Origin: Amoebophrya sp. A120 | Taxonomy: Eukaryota; Protista; Dinoflagellata | Reading direction: 5' to 3' | DNA length: 64,000 nucleotides | Assembly: GCA_905178155.1 (NCBI GenBank) | Contig: CAJINV010000010.1 | Span: forward strand, 583,851 to 647,850 | Part shown: positions 10,778 to 24,381 of the stretch, piece after piece | Position numbering within the stretch: the first letter of the stretch is position 1 | How the letters are laid out: each line of letters starts with the position of its first letter | Notes under the pieces: model-generated | What the model was told of the DNA's origin: nothing | What the model saw: the letters and a program-made list of their open reading frames with translations, nothing else | The model's database searches: none | Made by a program: the position numbers and the translations under genes

Positions 10778-12923
10778 GCTTGTTTGTACATGTAGGACGA
10801 GATAATAAAAGTGGTACAACAACATCGGTGAAAGTGAAAGCGAAAGTGAAAGTGAAAGTGCAATGTCCGAGTCCGACCTGGGGATAAGGAGGACAAAGGG
10901 TTTAAGACAAGAACCTATGTGGAGCGGTAAGAAACAAGAGAGCTATGCCATCGGCTTTGTATCGTCGTGTCTCTGTCTTCCCGAATACCGAAGTAGTTCA
11001 ACAGAAACACAACAACGAAAGGCAGGGCACGGAGTCTCAGGCTCTTCCTCTTCCCTGCTTAAGGTATGGGTAAAAAACCGAAAGCAGGGAATGTTCGCAC
11101 CGACGAGCCGGCTAGGAAAACTCGGGCACTGCTAGGCAAGTAGGTGATCCATTTTCGCAGGCGGTTTCTCCCTCCGGCGGTTCCTACGTCGATTTTGGAC
11201 CACTACAGTCCGATTTGGGAGTCAACAGGGTGCTGGGATCCAGACTTGAAGCATGCAGACGGTTTTCCAGTGAAGCGGCAACGGGGGGTGGGCCTCGCAT
11301 GCAAGGTCATGACATGTCAAAAGTGAATAGATTCCAGAACTGACTGCCGTGAAAAATATCAGCAGCCACGCACTAACTCCGACCTGAAGCCCGTCAGCGC
11401 TACTCAACAGTCAAGGGCAACGGGCTGCATGGTTTCGCCCGTTCGCTTTGGTTGGACAAGGTTTGCTACAAGATGAAGAAAAGGGGCACACGATAGATCA
11501 AGACCGGGCAATGCAAAGACGAGATCGGACGCACGACATCCCCCCGAAGAAAGCAATAATCATTCCCACTCCTAGCTTTGTCGCCTGTTTTGAGCCGGGT
11601 GGCCCATGGGGGCATGCAAGAAAAAAAGGAAGGACGAACCGCGCCAAGGTCCTCTGAACAATGAAAAGGCTGACAAGATTGCTCGGGGATCCAAACAAAA
11701 AGGCAAACAATCCCACGCCTGGCGGGCGGACTCCTGACAAAAATACAGGAAAGACACTGACGAGTCTCTGTCTGCAGCCAAGGACGCCATGCAAGTAGTT
11801 CGGGGGGGTCGCAAGCTGTGCCAACATAACAAAACGGCACGGCAGTCAGGTCTGGCACTGGAAAACGACCAAGACAAAACCCACCATCACAAGATGGAAA
11901 GGAAACATGCAAAATACGGCCGGCCTGCGAATTACGATTAGCACCGTCGTCCATTGCTAATCGTAATTCGTGATCAAGCGGCGAATGAGGGTGGGGTAGA
12001 GCCACGGGGCTACCGGATGAGACCGGGGCTTCCGGGTGCAGGCACGGAGACACACCTGCGGGGCGACCGAACAGAACACAGCAAAATATAGGGGAAGGGG
12101 CTTCGCCGTTGGGTACTTCCTGAAGTGGGGAGGGGCTACAGGCTAGAAACGTTAAAAGTCAGGGGCTTGGGCGGCTAAGATGCTACAGATCTCTATTGGC
12201 TAACTATGTGCGTGTTGGCACGCGCGGCCCGTTCTATCTAACAAAAAAAGGAAGGAAAATGACCCAAGCACATACGCAGAGCAGGCGCGGGGGGGTGTAC
12301 GACATCACTATGCTATTCCATTCGCGCGCACATAGAGGCCTGCGCCTGGCGCGCTGCATTCACCAAACGGGCGCAGCAGTGGCAAGGCGTCCGAAAGCTC
12401 GGACCAGAAGGAAAACGAAGCACGCGGCTACGGAAAGATGCAAACTGTGCCTGTGCCACGCAGACATGACCACGAGCCGCCCAGATGCATAACCCACTGC
12501 GTAAACCTGCAAGGACTCGACTTTTAGCTGTAAATTGCGGCCAGGGGTGTGCCGTTTGGGACAGTTAAGACGGGCCCCGCGCCTGCCCTTGTGGTTGTGT
12601 TCATGTTCGGTCCAGCGCAACGGGTGGGGGGGGGGATTGGTATGGGTAGGCGGGCAATGGTCCATCGTAATTCTTGGAAAAAAACATGACCGAGCAGCAG
12701 ATGATACACAGAGGGCAGAAAGGGCCTCGCGAGGGTGCAGGTGGGATTCACGAAGTTGATCAAAGATCATCTCTGGCATCATCTAGAAGGACCGGGTCGC
12801 AGAAATTAAAACTCAAAAGCATGCCTTGTGGTGCACCTGTTGTTCAGTTTTGTCAGATACGCTTGTTTGTACATGTAGGACGCTTGTTTGTACATGTAGG
12901 ACGAGATAATAAAAGTGGTACAA
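10778..12923 (-). mobile_element. About 2.1-kb insertion between 42-bp direct repeats, with a (CACTTT)n tail; possible truncated non-LTR retroelement
   Basis: GCTTGTTTGTACATGTAGGACGAGATAATAAAAGTGGTACAA at 10778-10819 and 12882-12923; hexamer repeat at 10828-10860; no recognisable RT domain. Confidence 0.4.
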
Positions 12924-13052
12924 ACATACGAAAAAAACAGTACTACACCCCTGTGCAAATTTGCCATGCAAAACCGGCATTCTTTCTGATGCTTGCATTG
13001 CCGTTCGAGATGCTATACAAATGAGGGGGAGGGGGAGCTGGGCACTGTTATA

Positions 13053-13950
13053 CAAACGTGCCCGTCGACGGAAAATGTTTCTGTCCCGTGAGCGGTGCGC
13101 AGCTGGAAGTGGAAGAAGTGCAGAAGCCGGGTGGAACTGCAGCTCCTCCTGGGCAACATCGTCAACAATTGCTTCTGCAGAACAACATGAAGCAGGATCA
13201 TGCTGTGGAGGTTTTGCACATGCGGAACAAATTTCTCTCTTCTTGGCCGAACTCCCACTCCCAAGCCACGCAAGATGAAGTAGCTGCCCAGGAGCAGCAG
13301 GCCGCTGCCAGCAACGGTGACGACGAAGGGGATGCAGCTCCACACGAAGACGAGATCCATGTGATGCCCGTTATGCTTTCCAACACGGCACTGAAGCAGT
13401 TTTCGGAGCTTTGGAACGACCAGAACGGTGGATCTTCCGTTTTCTCCCAAATGAATCCGGGGGATGATCAACAAGCAGGAGGACTGCAAGGAAAACCAGG
13501 ATTCCCGGCCGCTTTTATGTGCAAGGACGCTAGAAATATTTCCACATCTGGTACGAAAACTTCTGGCACGGCACATGTTGAAGTCGACGTTCTGTGCGAG
13601 TACCCGGTGCTCGCAGTGGTGAAAGACGCGCACACGGGCGAAAACACCTTACGGATTGCAAATCTGTCTGGGTCGGGAAACTTGTGATGCTGGTTGAACG
13701 ATCATGCGGACACGCGCATGACAGATTTTTTACTTGCTAGGTGTTGCCCATTCTGCATGCCAAACTGTGTTTCTGCATGACATAAAAATGGGGCGTTTAT
13801 TAGGTAACGTGCATGACACATTTGAGAGGCATGCTGGTCGAGCATGACAAACCTTGCGCTCTTCCAGATCCAGACATATTTGCAATGCATACACCTCTGT
13901 CTCCTACAACTTCGAGCCGGCGTACTATGTGGACGAGACGGCGGGTACAT
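13053..13950 (+). CDS. Plus-strand hypothetical protein or gene fragment
   Basis: 209-aa ORF continues as ENTSVSYNFEPAYYVDETAG after removing introner 13650-13891; preceded by an orphan right half of a family H element. Confidence 0.5.
13650..13891. mobile_element. Introner family A in a plus-strand gene
   Basis: TSD CACCT; TAC..ATA ends. Confidence 0.88.
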
Positions 13951-14134
13951 ACATACACATCGGTCTTCGAACCTTCAAAAAGGTTTACAAACATACGTCG
14001 TCAGGGTGGGGTATTAAATAGCGACTGTTCTCTACCTCTGAGACCAGGAGGAGTTTTTGAATATATTTGCGCAAGAAGACTACATTGCTCCTTCCTAATC
14101 ATGCCCTTTGCTCACCTTCAACATTTCTTCTTCG

Positions 14135-17100
14135 CTAGTAGGTACCTCCCTTCTGTTTCATTTCCTCCTCGTTTTTGTGGATTTTTTATTGCGAGGAAAA
14201 ATCTCCCCCCCCCATATCAACCCGGGACACTTCTGAAAATTTGTGATGCTGTTTTGTGACGTCTCTGTATTGCAAGAAGGCAAATCGAAAAACCCCGCCG
14301 CGTTCTGCAGGGACTTTGTAACGCTGTATGGCCTACAGAGGACGCGACTGCCTTGCTAGGCGCCTACACCGAAACGCGCTTACTCAGGCTCTCTATCTGC
14401 CTGCAGTCCTCTACTGCAAGACAAAACCGATTTGTGTACACAAATTCCGCATCACAGATTTCCATGTCGATATAATGGGGTGGGGGGATGTTTCCTTTTG
14501 ATATTTTCCTGCGCTCCCGTTCCACCTCCAGCAGCCGGTTGAGGTCTAAACTTTGCGCCTCCAAGAGCTCATCCACCGACTTCGCAGCCGTTTCCGTTTT
14601 CGTCTCTGTATCGATTGCAAACACGGCAGCATAGAATTGTCCGTAAATTTTAGATAAACCGGCGAAGTAGATGGTGCCCCAAGCCCTCCAAGTCCTATCT
14701 CTCATAAACTTTTTCTATTCGTACTCTTCATGGTACCTTTTTCATGTGGCCGGCAATGTAACATCGTGCGTACAGAAAAATATCGCGCACGCAACTTTTG
14801 CAAGACTACTTTTTTTGCAAGAACACTGATTTGAAACTGCCAGTCTTCGCATTCGATACATTACGGTAGAAAGCAGCGATTTCAGCTTTTCCTGCTGTCG
14901 CTGTTTTGCGGCGGCCTTCCGCTCCTCGAGGGTTTCTTGCTTCAAACCACTTTGTATCAGAATGAAACAACCCCCCTCCCCATATCAAAACGAAGTTTGT
15001 GATGCTGGATTTGCGTACACACACAAATCAAATTTGTCTTGCTGGCGAGGAATGCAGGCCCATGCTAAGCCTGACGCGCCAGGTTTTGGCCTAGGCGCTT
15101 AGCATGGCAGACGTCTATGCTGTAGGTGCAACAGCATGACAAAGCACCTGTAGAATGCGGCGGAGCCTGTGGAGTTGCCTTCATGCAAGACAGAGGCGAT
15201 TTGTGGTCACAAATCAGCAACGCAAATTTTCGAAAACGTGCCTTGGCAATATGGGGAGGGGGGATTTTTCCTTTTGATACTTTGCTCCACGACCCCTGCG
15301 GCGGCGGGGTCTGTGTCTCTGGATTCTGTGTCCACCTGCGGGTGGAGATCATCGGCCTGGTCTCGCCCTGACCCTCCGGCTGATGTCGCAGACGAGGACT
15401 TTCTGCCGCGCGTATCAAATGCAAATATGTCTGGGTCTGAATGAAATTTGTGATGCTAAGTGGCGAGTGTTGAGCATGACACTCCTGAATGCAGACGGGC
15501 ATGAAAAATTCTGAGGACGCTTCCTCATGCGTAGTGCGCAGAGCATACTGTGCTTTTGCCTGACATCAAGACAGAGCTCGTTTTGTTTGTTGATGGTCAT
15601 GCAATACAGAAACAGATTTTACATCAATCCGAATCTTCCAAGACACGCAAGTATAGAGCTTCCTCTTTTCGAGACTCAGACATACTCGCAATTCATAGCG
15701 CGTGGCTTTGTCTTGTTCCACCGTGCCCTTCTCTAGCAGCACGTCGCTGATGGTGTGAACTGCAAAAGTATCGCACTCGGATAAAAAAATGCATTACAAA
15801 TTTTCTCAGCATGAGAGATAAAATTTGCTATGCTGATTTACCTTCAGAACAAGATTTGTATATGCATGATCGCGATACGAGTACGATACTTTTGCACAGG
15901 ATAGATGGTATCTTGCACGGATTTCCGTCGCTTCTCCGTTGTCTCCCGGGTGGCTTTCGCGGAAGCGGCAAGCCTATCAAGTGCAAAAATAACTGGGTCT
16001 GGAAACTTGTAATGCTAAAAGTGGATGATAGCTGGACTGCAATACGCAGCCAAGCATGACAAATTTTTAAGCTGCTATGTGTTGTGTATTCCGCATGAGA
16101 AACTGCGTTTTTGCATGACAGATAGGAGAGCCTTTTCGTGCCCATGCATCAGAGATTCTAGCGTCATGTCAGACAGGCATGACAAATGCAAGAATCTTCC
16201 AGACCCAGACACTTTTGAATTTGATAAAGCCCCTGCAGCAGCACCGCCCGCTTCACGGCGTGCCGAAAGAGCTGACCTAAAAAGTTTTAGATTTTCATCT
16301 TCTGTGAAGACCCTGCAGTAGCATAGCTATTGCTTGTTTCTGTTCCTGTTCCTCAATCTCAACTAGTAGTATCTCCCTGGGATCACGTGCTTACTGTCCT
16401 CCAGTTCGCTAAATTAATATGATCGTCGTCATAATAGTGCAGCAACTCAAGAAGTCTATACATCGAGATCGCTAGTTGATATCCGTATCAACGATGATAA
16501 AAGTAAAACAGCAAGTAACCCGTGAAACATTTTCATCAAATTGTCCGTTTTCGTAAAATAGTTCAACTTCAAACTACCTTGTGTGATTTTTTTTTCCTCG
16601 CAGTAGTGCTCCAGCTTCAGGTTCTTCCGAAGTCGCACGAACTCCTTGCGGGTCATGGGATTCAGGTGCTCACAAAACTCGTATGGATTGCAAATATGTC
16701 TGGGTCTGGAAACTTGTAATGCTGAAAGTGAATGGTAGACGCACTGCAATATTACGCAGCTACGCATGACAAATTTTTTGACTCCTATGTCTTACGTATT
16801 TCGCATGCCATGGCAAGCTGCGTTTTTGCATGACAGGCAAGAGGGCATTTTCGTGCCTATGCAACACAGATTCGCGAGTCATGCCAGACAAGCATCACAA
16901 ACTTGCATTCTTCCAGACCCAGACATTTTTGCATTTGATAACTCGTGAAAGTACACCATGAAAAACTCCATTTGCTCGTCGTTTTCGGCCAAAAAATTCC
17001 ACTCCTGGATCCGCGTTTCGTTTGGTGGAGGTGGGTATGCAGATTTACGACAAGTACTGCCTCGTGGTCTGGGCCTAGCGCATTAACGACAGTGGAACGG

Positions 17101-20100
17101 CCGCATGTACAACTAAAACGGCTTCTTTCATCGCACTAATTTTCCTACAAAGTTCATTCGTCGTCTGCCAGGTTTCGCTGCGAGTGAAAGCGACAGTGCG
17201 TTGTGTCTCAATTGTCCAATAAGTTATGCAATTATAAATTCAGCATAACAAGTTTCAAAGCCGCCGCCGCCAGACGAGGACGCTTTGTTTTCCAGTGGAT
17301 AGTTGGTAGTTGTCATCCACGTCGCCATGGTTTTGGTACACGAAAACCGATATCAAATGCAAATATGTCTGGGTCTGGATTTGTGACGCAGGACTTCAAG
17401 GACAACAAGATCTGTAATGCATAAATACCATTGGCCAGGTTTTTTGTCGTGCTGGAAGATGGCAGTGTGTAATGCTAAACACGAATGAATCCGCAAGGAG
17501 CCGAGGGAAATTTCTCATGCTGTTATGCCGTACAAGCAGCAAGTTTGCAATGCAAGTATCAGCAACACAAGTTGCCAGACCCAGACATTTTTGCATTTGA
17601 TAAGCGAGAAGGCCAGCCACGGATATCGACGAGGAAAAAGCGAAAGTCCTTGTTTGTACTACACGGAAAAAATGAGAATAGGCAAACGATGATCGCATTC
17701 TCCTGTAATGGGATCGAGCTGCCTAGAAGTACGGCCTGCTAGTCAAGAGTCTATGCTCTGATCCATGATACAACTTCTATTCATTCTCGCAACACAAGTA
17801 TGGCACACTCGCTTTTTTCTCCGGGATAGGGGAGTGGTCGATTTGGGGCGTTCGCGGTAGAGACTGGAGAGAATGAGAAGAGGAAGATTTATAGAAACAG
17901 TTTCGTCCTCCTATTCTTTTCTCTTCGACGTTTCAGCAAAGTAATATGGACATCATCAAAACAGCCAAGCATCTTCCGAAAAGCAAAATTTTTCTTTTTC
18001 TCACTACACTGCGCTCTTCTCCTTCTTCTTCTTCATCTTCATGTTGAAAAAAATAAAAGTGGAAACAAACATTTATCAAATTCAGTTACGTGGCTTCCTT
18101 GCCCCAGCGCAGCGAAAGGACGTCATCCAGGTAGAGTTGCGGGACCAACTTTCGCTCCTGCGTGTCGTTCTGGTCCGCGAACAAAACAGAGTTGTCCGGA
18201 CCAAACTGAATCAACCGGCGCTCGAGTAGAAGATTGTACTTGTTCTTGAGCCGCACTTTCACGTGCACGCCTTCCAGTCGCGCGCGCTTTTGTAGGTTCC
18301 GCAGGTCCATTTTGTGCTGCATCCGCTCGATGACGTACTCCTGGGTTCGCTGTTGCAACGCCAGCCGTTTCCCCTCCAGCTCCGTGAGCTCTTGCCGGTA
18401 CAAGGCTCGCTCGGCGTCAATGTACTGCAGAAACTGCAACGGCTCTTTCGCGTTCAGGTAGTCTTTCAGCTCGTTTTTCATCTTGCTGCTCAGCTCGGGA
18501 TATGAATTGCAAAGATCCCTGGATGTCTCGAAACTTGTGATGCAAGGAAGGGAATAGTGAGCACACTTTAAAAATGCGCTCCACAGCATGACAAGTTTTT
18601 CCGTGCTTCAGAGTTGATGCGTACTCCGCAAGAGAAGCTGTGTTTTTGCATGACAGACAAGAGGACCTCTTCGCGGGCACGCAATACGGAGTTCAGCGGT
18701 CACGCAATACGGAGTTCTAGCATGACAAATCTCGCAATCTCCCAGACATCCAGGGATATTTGCACTTGATACGGGAAGCACTTTCAGCACCACCTTCGCT
18801 TCCTCAATCACCTCGCTGACCTTTTCGGTCGTGAGCAAGCGGAGCTCCTGCAGCTTAATGCGCTCGTCCATGTTTGCGTGCCGGTTTTCCAAGTGCGAGA
18901 TAAATTGCAGATACTCTCGCGTTTCCTGTTCGTACGCGTCTTCTAGGTTTTTCAACAACACCAGCCACGGCACGACCAGATCGATGCCTTTCTGCAACTT
19001 TTCATCGTCGTTCAGGTTCTCTAAAAACTCCACACTGCCAGAATCGCGGACCTTGTATTGCAAGGAAAAATACCCCCTCCCCATACTGAAAAGGCATCCT
19101 TCGGAAAATTTGTGATGCAGATTTCTGGTCACAAATCATTTTTGTCTTGCAAGAAGGCAAGCGCTGAGGGATGAGCTGCATTATGGGTGCGATTTGTCAT
19201 GCTAGTTGGCCGACAGGGTAGGCATTTCCCATGCTATACAGCTAGACCCGTGCGCTCCTAAACAGCCTAAGAATCTGGCCACAATTCCTTACAGCAAGAC
19301 AGATCTCATTTGTGTACGCAAATCCAGCATCAGCAATTTCGTTTTGATATGGGGAGGGGGGATTTTTCCTTTTGATACCTTGAGCATTTTGTTTTTTTCC
19401 TCGTTCAGTTTCTGTTTCAGTATCAAATGCAAATATGTCTGGGTCTGGAAGGATGCAAACTTGTGATACTGCCTTTCGATTCTACATAAAATCTGTATTG
19501 CATAAAGAGCAAAAGAGCTCCAATTTTTGCTACGTGGAGAGGGCATTTCTCATGCGGTTTGAGCATCAGAAAGCCCTCGCAGAATCTGTGATGCTAGGGC
19601 ATGCATCACCGACATCATGGGTCAACATGCAAAATCTGCATGACAAGCTCCTGCACATTCTTCATCTAGACCCAGACGTATTTGCAGTTGATATTCAGCC
19701 GACGGACCTCCATTTCCGTCTCCACCTTTTCCCGCTTCGTTTTCTCGACGTTTTTTTGTACGTATCCTGAGTAAAAACGTCCCCACCCCAGAGTCAAGAT
19801 GGGGATTTTGCAACACAAACCTTGAAATTTTGGGAGCCACGCATGACAAATTGCAGGCTGTATTGTAATGCAGTTTAGCAAGGGAAGTCGCATTACAAAT
19901 ACATATGCTTATCCTGTTTACAGCATGACAAGTTCCAAAACGCGATCGGGAATGCCTATCATGGGGATGCGCATTACAAGTCTTCCTGTCTTAGCAAATC
20001 TGCATTACAACTCTGGTGTGGGGACGTTTTTACTCAGGATAGTACGGCCGCGTTCCGTATGCATTGCAAACACGTCTGGGTCGGGAAAGTCCTGTTGTGA

Positions 20101-23100
20101 ATACTCGCGTCGCAGAGTTCTTGTTGCCCCTTGTAGGGATTTCATAACAGCATATAGAAATTCAAATTTTTTTTCGAAAATTTTTCTGATGCTGTAGTAG
20201 TTACTGCGGATTGATTCGCAAATCGTGTGAAATAAAACTGTCTTGTTCCTTGCAGTACGACACAAAATCAAAACCTTGCAGCACTCCTCTCCATGCATCA
20301 CATAAGTACTACATCTTGTTCTTCAATGAAACCCGCATGACAAAAATCCACAGACCCAGATCGATATAATTTGCAATGCGTATTCCCGTCGAGCAGGTAC
20401 ATCAAATTGGTTTTCTCCCGCTCGATCTTCATTTCCATCGATTTCAGGAACTGTTTCTTCCGCGGCAAATCGCTGTGCTTCAGCTCTTCCCTTGCGAATT
20501 CGGCTTCCAGCGACAACTGGTTCAGTTGCTCGATTTTCTGCGCCGTCTGCTGCAGCTTTAGTTTCTGTGCGGAGATTTCGTTCTGATAGGCCCGCTATGC
20601 ATTGCAAATATGTCTGGGTCTGGAAACTTGTAATGCTATGAGTGAATGATAGACGCACACGCACTGCAATACGCAGCTACGCATAACAAATTTTTTGGCT
20701 GCCATGTGTTCTTACGTATTCCGCATGATAAACTGCGTTAGTGCATGATAGGCAAGAGCAGGGCCTTTTCGTACCTATGCAACACAGATTCTCGAGTCAT
20801 GCCAGACAAGCATGACAAACTTGCTTTTTTCCGGACCCAGACATATTTGCAATTCGTACCCGCGACTGCATGTGCAGCCACGCATTCGAGCCGCTGGACG
20901 AGGACGGCGCGTCGAGGGCGGTGGGAAATGATATCCCATGTAAAAACGTCCCCACACCAGAGTCAAGCTGGGGATCTCGCAACACAAATCGAGAAGTTTT
21001 GGGGGTCCAGCATGACAAGTTCGTCTCTGTATTGTAGTGCAGTTTAGCAAGCACAGCCGCAACACAAATCCATCTACTCATCCTGTCGACAGCATTACAA
21101 AGCGCAAAACGCGATTGGAAATGCCTCTCAAGTGGATGCGCATTACAAATCTTCCTGTAGCTGCAAATCTGCATGACAACTCTGGGGTGGGTACATTTTT
21201 GCTCAGGATAAATGAGTGTCGTGCTTCTTGTTGGTGCTGTGGTCCCGCGAAAAAAGTGTTACAGTTACACATTTCTTGTAGTGAATTCAGCAACACAAAT
21301 TTCCCTGCATGAGAGAGAAAACTTGTAATGCAGAAATCCTACGGGAAAACACCTATGAAACGAGGCTCCGATGCATATCCGGCATGACAGAGCTTGTTTG
21401 TCTTGCTTGGCCTGCAATACAATGTGTAAGTGTAACACTTTTTTCTTGCGATAGCTGTGGTCCCGCAATTGATATTTCCCGCCCGCCGCTGCCTTCCGCG
21501 GTTTTGCTCGCCGTCTCGGGAAACGTTCCGTATGCATTGCAAAAGTACTAATTGGAGGTATGCATTACAAATTTTTTTCCTAAGGTAGATCCGCATTACA
21601 AATCTTATTTCTCATGCTGAGGAAATTTGTATTGCAATTTATACTCGTACGATGCTTTTGCACAGGATATTCCGGATGCGGCGTCGACGTTGTCCGCCGC
21701 GCCGGAGGTGACCACTTGCCCAGGCACGATCTTCAATATGAGACTGCACATCTCCCCCTCCCCCTCGTTTGTGATGCAAGATGCCAAGCTCTCAGTTATC
21801 CTTATCTCCCGAGTAAGCCCTGCTCACATGAGAAATTTTGGAACCTGAAAGAGTCCTACGCTCCATGAGTAGAAGATTTGACGATGTCATGCGGAAGATA
21901 GTAAGGTGTACCCTTCTGGCACTCAGTCTCTTGCTGCTCATGCCATATCAACGAGGGGGAGGGGAAATTGTGCTCTCTCATATTGTTCAAAAAAGGAGTA
22001 GTTGTTGTGCTACTGGATGAACTGCCGCTAGTCCCGCCGTCCCCGGATCCCAGCCCTGCGAGCTTTTCGGCCAACTTTCCGCGCTTCAAAATTTGTCCCC
22101 GCTCGTTTTCGAACACGATTCGTTGCGCCTTCTCGTAGCTCAGGTGGGACTGCTTTTCCGCCACTTCTTCTTTCAGATTCTCCACCTTCTCCACCAGTTG
22201 CTGTTTGAAGCTTCGCAGCCGTGACACCTGCTCCTGCAGTTCTTGCTTCTTCTGCTCCAACACAATTTTGGCGGACTCTTCCTTGTTCAAGATCGTGGTT
22301 TTGGCCCGGGTGATCTCGTAGTGGTATGCATCCAGCTGCGAAGGGTGGAAGGACGTGCTAACAAGCGACCGCCTCTGTGGGTGCTGCTGCTGGCTCATCA
22401 TGCTGGTCTCTCCGCCACGCCCTGCGCCATACATCGTTTTGTTTCCGGGTGGTGCTAGCGGCAGCAGCTCGTCTGCAGTCGTTAAGTAGCCGGACTTCAA
22501 TATCCCGCGGTGCGTCCCCAGTTGCAATTCGGCGTGGATCATGTTCTGCGAAGGCCGTACAGCCAGCGGCTTCCTAGTCTTCGCCGCGGTTTTAAAGGCG
22601 GCGGTTGTTTTCACAGCACCCCGTAACTTCGACCAATTGCTCACTGGCGAACTACCCGCATCGTATCGACTGCAAATATGTTCTGTGGGTCTGGAAAGTT
22701 GTTAAATCTTCACGTTGCCAGCACTAGATGAACGGAGAAGTGACAGCATTCTTCATACTTACGCAGCCTAGCATGACAAATAACTTTTCGAGCAGTTCTA
22801 CTACTGTAGTGCGTAAGCGTATTCACGCGCCTCAGAAGGCGCTAAGATTCCGCGATAAGAAAATACAGAGCACAACGGGCCGCGTACATTGGAATCAATG
22901 CTAAGTAATGCGAGTGCTAAAGCAATGCTAGCTCAGCATCACAACAAGTCTTGTCATCTTCTAGACCACACCGTATTTGCAACGCATAAACCACTCACAG
23001 GTGGTCGGGAAGGGCCTGTCGTTCGCATTGGTTCGTTGTTCAACATCTTTGCTGACTCTGCCTCTTCCCCTACAACTGCCTCTGCCCCACTGTTTGCGCC

Positions 23101-24381
23101 GATGGGAGCCGAAGGAGCCGAAGCGGCCGTACTAGATCCTCCAGTAGTTGTGAGGTAGCTGGGCAGGAAACTGGTGAAGAATGCTGCTGTTGTCGACGAC
23201 TGCCCCGGTGGCTCTGCTTCCGTCTTGATGTGCTCATCATCTGCGACAGCAGCGGTGGCAGGGGACGTGCTAGCGAATCCAAGTCCTACCCCGCCCGGCA
23301 CGCTCCTTGGTATCGCGGTGGTGGACGAGGACGTCGCTGTGTTAGTATTATTGCTCATCTGCATGCTTGTACTTCTCGCGTCTTCCTCTTGTGCGGCCGT
23401 GCTGGTGGCAGCTCTCCCCTTGATCTCCGCCTCCACGATTGATTTTCGAACGGCTTCAGACCGTCTCCGTATCCACAGTAAATTTCCCGTACACGTTCAC
23501 GTACAAATGAGGTCTCCGCATGACAAAACTTGGGTTCGATGCTAGTGTAGCATGACAAGTTTTGCGCTCCAAATTGGCGAAATTTGTGATGCATCTTGTA
23601 CATGTACGGGAAATTTGTATTGCATACTCCGCGCGTACGGACTGCTGGGTTGGTTGTCGGCGCCGTGGCCCAGCTGCTTCAAGAGCACCTGGTGTATCCT
23701 GAGTAAAAACGTCCCCCCTGTCATGCAGATTTGCAATGACGGGAACATTTGTGATGCGCATCTCCATGATAGGCATAATTTCCAGTGGTGTTTTGGAAAA
23801 ATTTGTAATGCTGTAAACAGGATCAGCAGATGATTTTGTAATGCGGATGTCCTTGCCAACCTGCACTACATTACGGACTGCAACTTGTCATGCGTGACTC
23901 CCAAAACTTCTAGGTTTGCGTTGCAATATCCCTATCTTGACTCTGGGGTGGGGACGGTCTTACGTAGAATATGGTGCTCCATTTCTTTCAGCACTTTGTC
24001 CTGGTCCTGCCTCTCTAGCCGATCCAGAATCATGCTTGCTTCCTCGTAGAGCTCCTCCTTGATCTGCAACAGGTGCTCAGTGGGGGTGCTGGAAATGAGC
24101 CGGATCTTCCGGTTCTTCGCTTCTTCTTGTTCCGCCGCCTCTTTTACTTCACGCGGATGGGCCGCCATTGAGGATGTTGATGTCCTTGTTGCTGCAGGAG
24201 CGCCGAGGACATGATCCGCCTGGGGTATGCTGGCTGTACTCACCCTGGTCGTCGTGGCACGACCTCCGCCAACAGCGACGCCAGTCGGGTACAGCTCCTT
24301 GACAGAACTCGAGTCGCGGAACTTCTTCATCTTCTCCTCTTGTTGCACAACGACCAGAGGCTGCGGGGCCGCACTTGCCAT
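14135..24381 (-). CDS. Large coiled-coil hypothetical protein with a possible PH-like segment (may be two genes; ends uncertain)
   Basis: ATG at 24381; K/E/Q/L-rich exons between about 20 introners; segments LYLDDVLSLRWG and EFLAENDEQMEFFMVYFHEFCEHL. Confidence 0.5.
14187..14503. mobile_element. Introner family D (TIR TATnnnAGGAAAAATCCCCCTCCCCATA)
   Basis: TSD TTTTT/TTTTC. Confidence 0.85.
14955..15279. mobile_element. Introner family D
   Basis: TSD CTTTG. Confidence 0.9.
15413..15697. mobile_element. Degenerate introner family A
   Basis: TSD GCGCG. Confidence 0.8.
15754..15903. mobile_element. Introner family C (TIR TATnnnnTGCAAAAGTATCGnACTCG)
   Basis: TSD GATGG; left end TGT. Confidence 0.85.
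15975..16226. mobile_element. Introner family A
   Basis: TSD AAGCC. Confidence 0.9.
16682..16940. mobile_element. Introner family A
   Basis: TSD ACTCG. Confidence 0.9.
17351..17602. mobile_element. Introner family A
   Basis: TSD ACCGA/AGCGA. Confidence 0.82.
18501..18771. mobile_element. Introner family A variant
   Basis: TSD CGGGA; removal gives KVLPELSSK. Confidence 0.88.
19056..19377. mobile_element. Introner family D
   Basis: TSD CCTTG. Confidence 0.9.
19421..19693. mobile_element. Introner family A
   Basis: TSD TTCAG. Confidence 0.9.
19763..20041. mobile_element. Introner family B
   Basis: TSD GTACG. Confidence 0.92.
20058..20382. mobile_element. Degenerate introner family A
   Basis: TSD TTCCG/TTCCC; only 16 bp from the previous element. 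Confidence 0.75.
20596..20858. mobile_element. Introner family A
   Basis: TSD CCCGC. Confidence 0.88.
20932..21210. mobile_element. Introner family B
   Basis: TSD AATGA. Confidence 0.9.
21241..21453. mobile_element. Introner family E (TIR TATCnCAnGAAAAAAGTGTTACAnTTACAC)
   Basis: Near-identical to 45777-45989 and 56386-56595; left TAT replaced; 13-bp direct repeat. Confidence 0.85.
21531..21669. mobile_element. Introner family C
   Basis: TSD TTCCG. Confidence 0.88.
21737..21982. mobile_element. Introner family H
   Basis: TAT..ATA TIR; TTCAA repeat offset by 3 nt. Confidence 0.78.
22664..22988. mobile_element. Old, degenerate introner family A
   Basis: Eroded TIRs; TAT..ATA kept; TSD no longer matches. 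Confidence 0.6.
23470..23626. mobile_element. Introner family I (TIR TATnCAnnnnAAATTTCCCGTACA)
   Basis: TSD CTCCG. Confidence 0.88.
23695..23971. mobile_element. Introner family B
   Basis: TSD TGGTG. Confidence 0.9.

Noticed and set aside
11200-11260. GVxQG-like LINE reverse transcriptase motif
   Set aside because: It needs a frameshift and has no supporting YADD-type motif.
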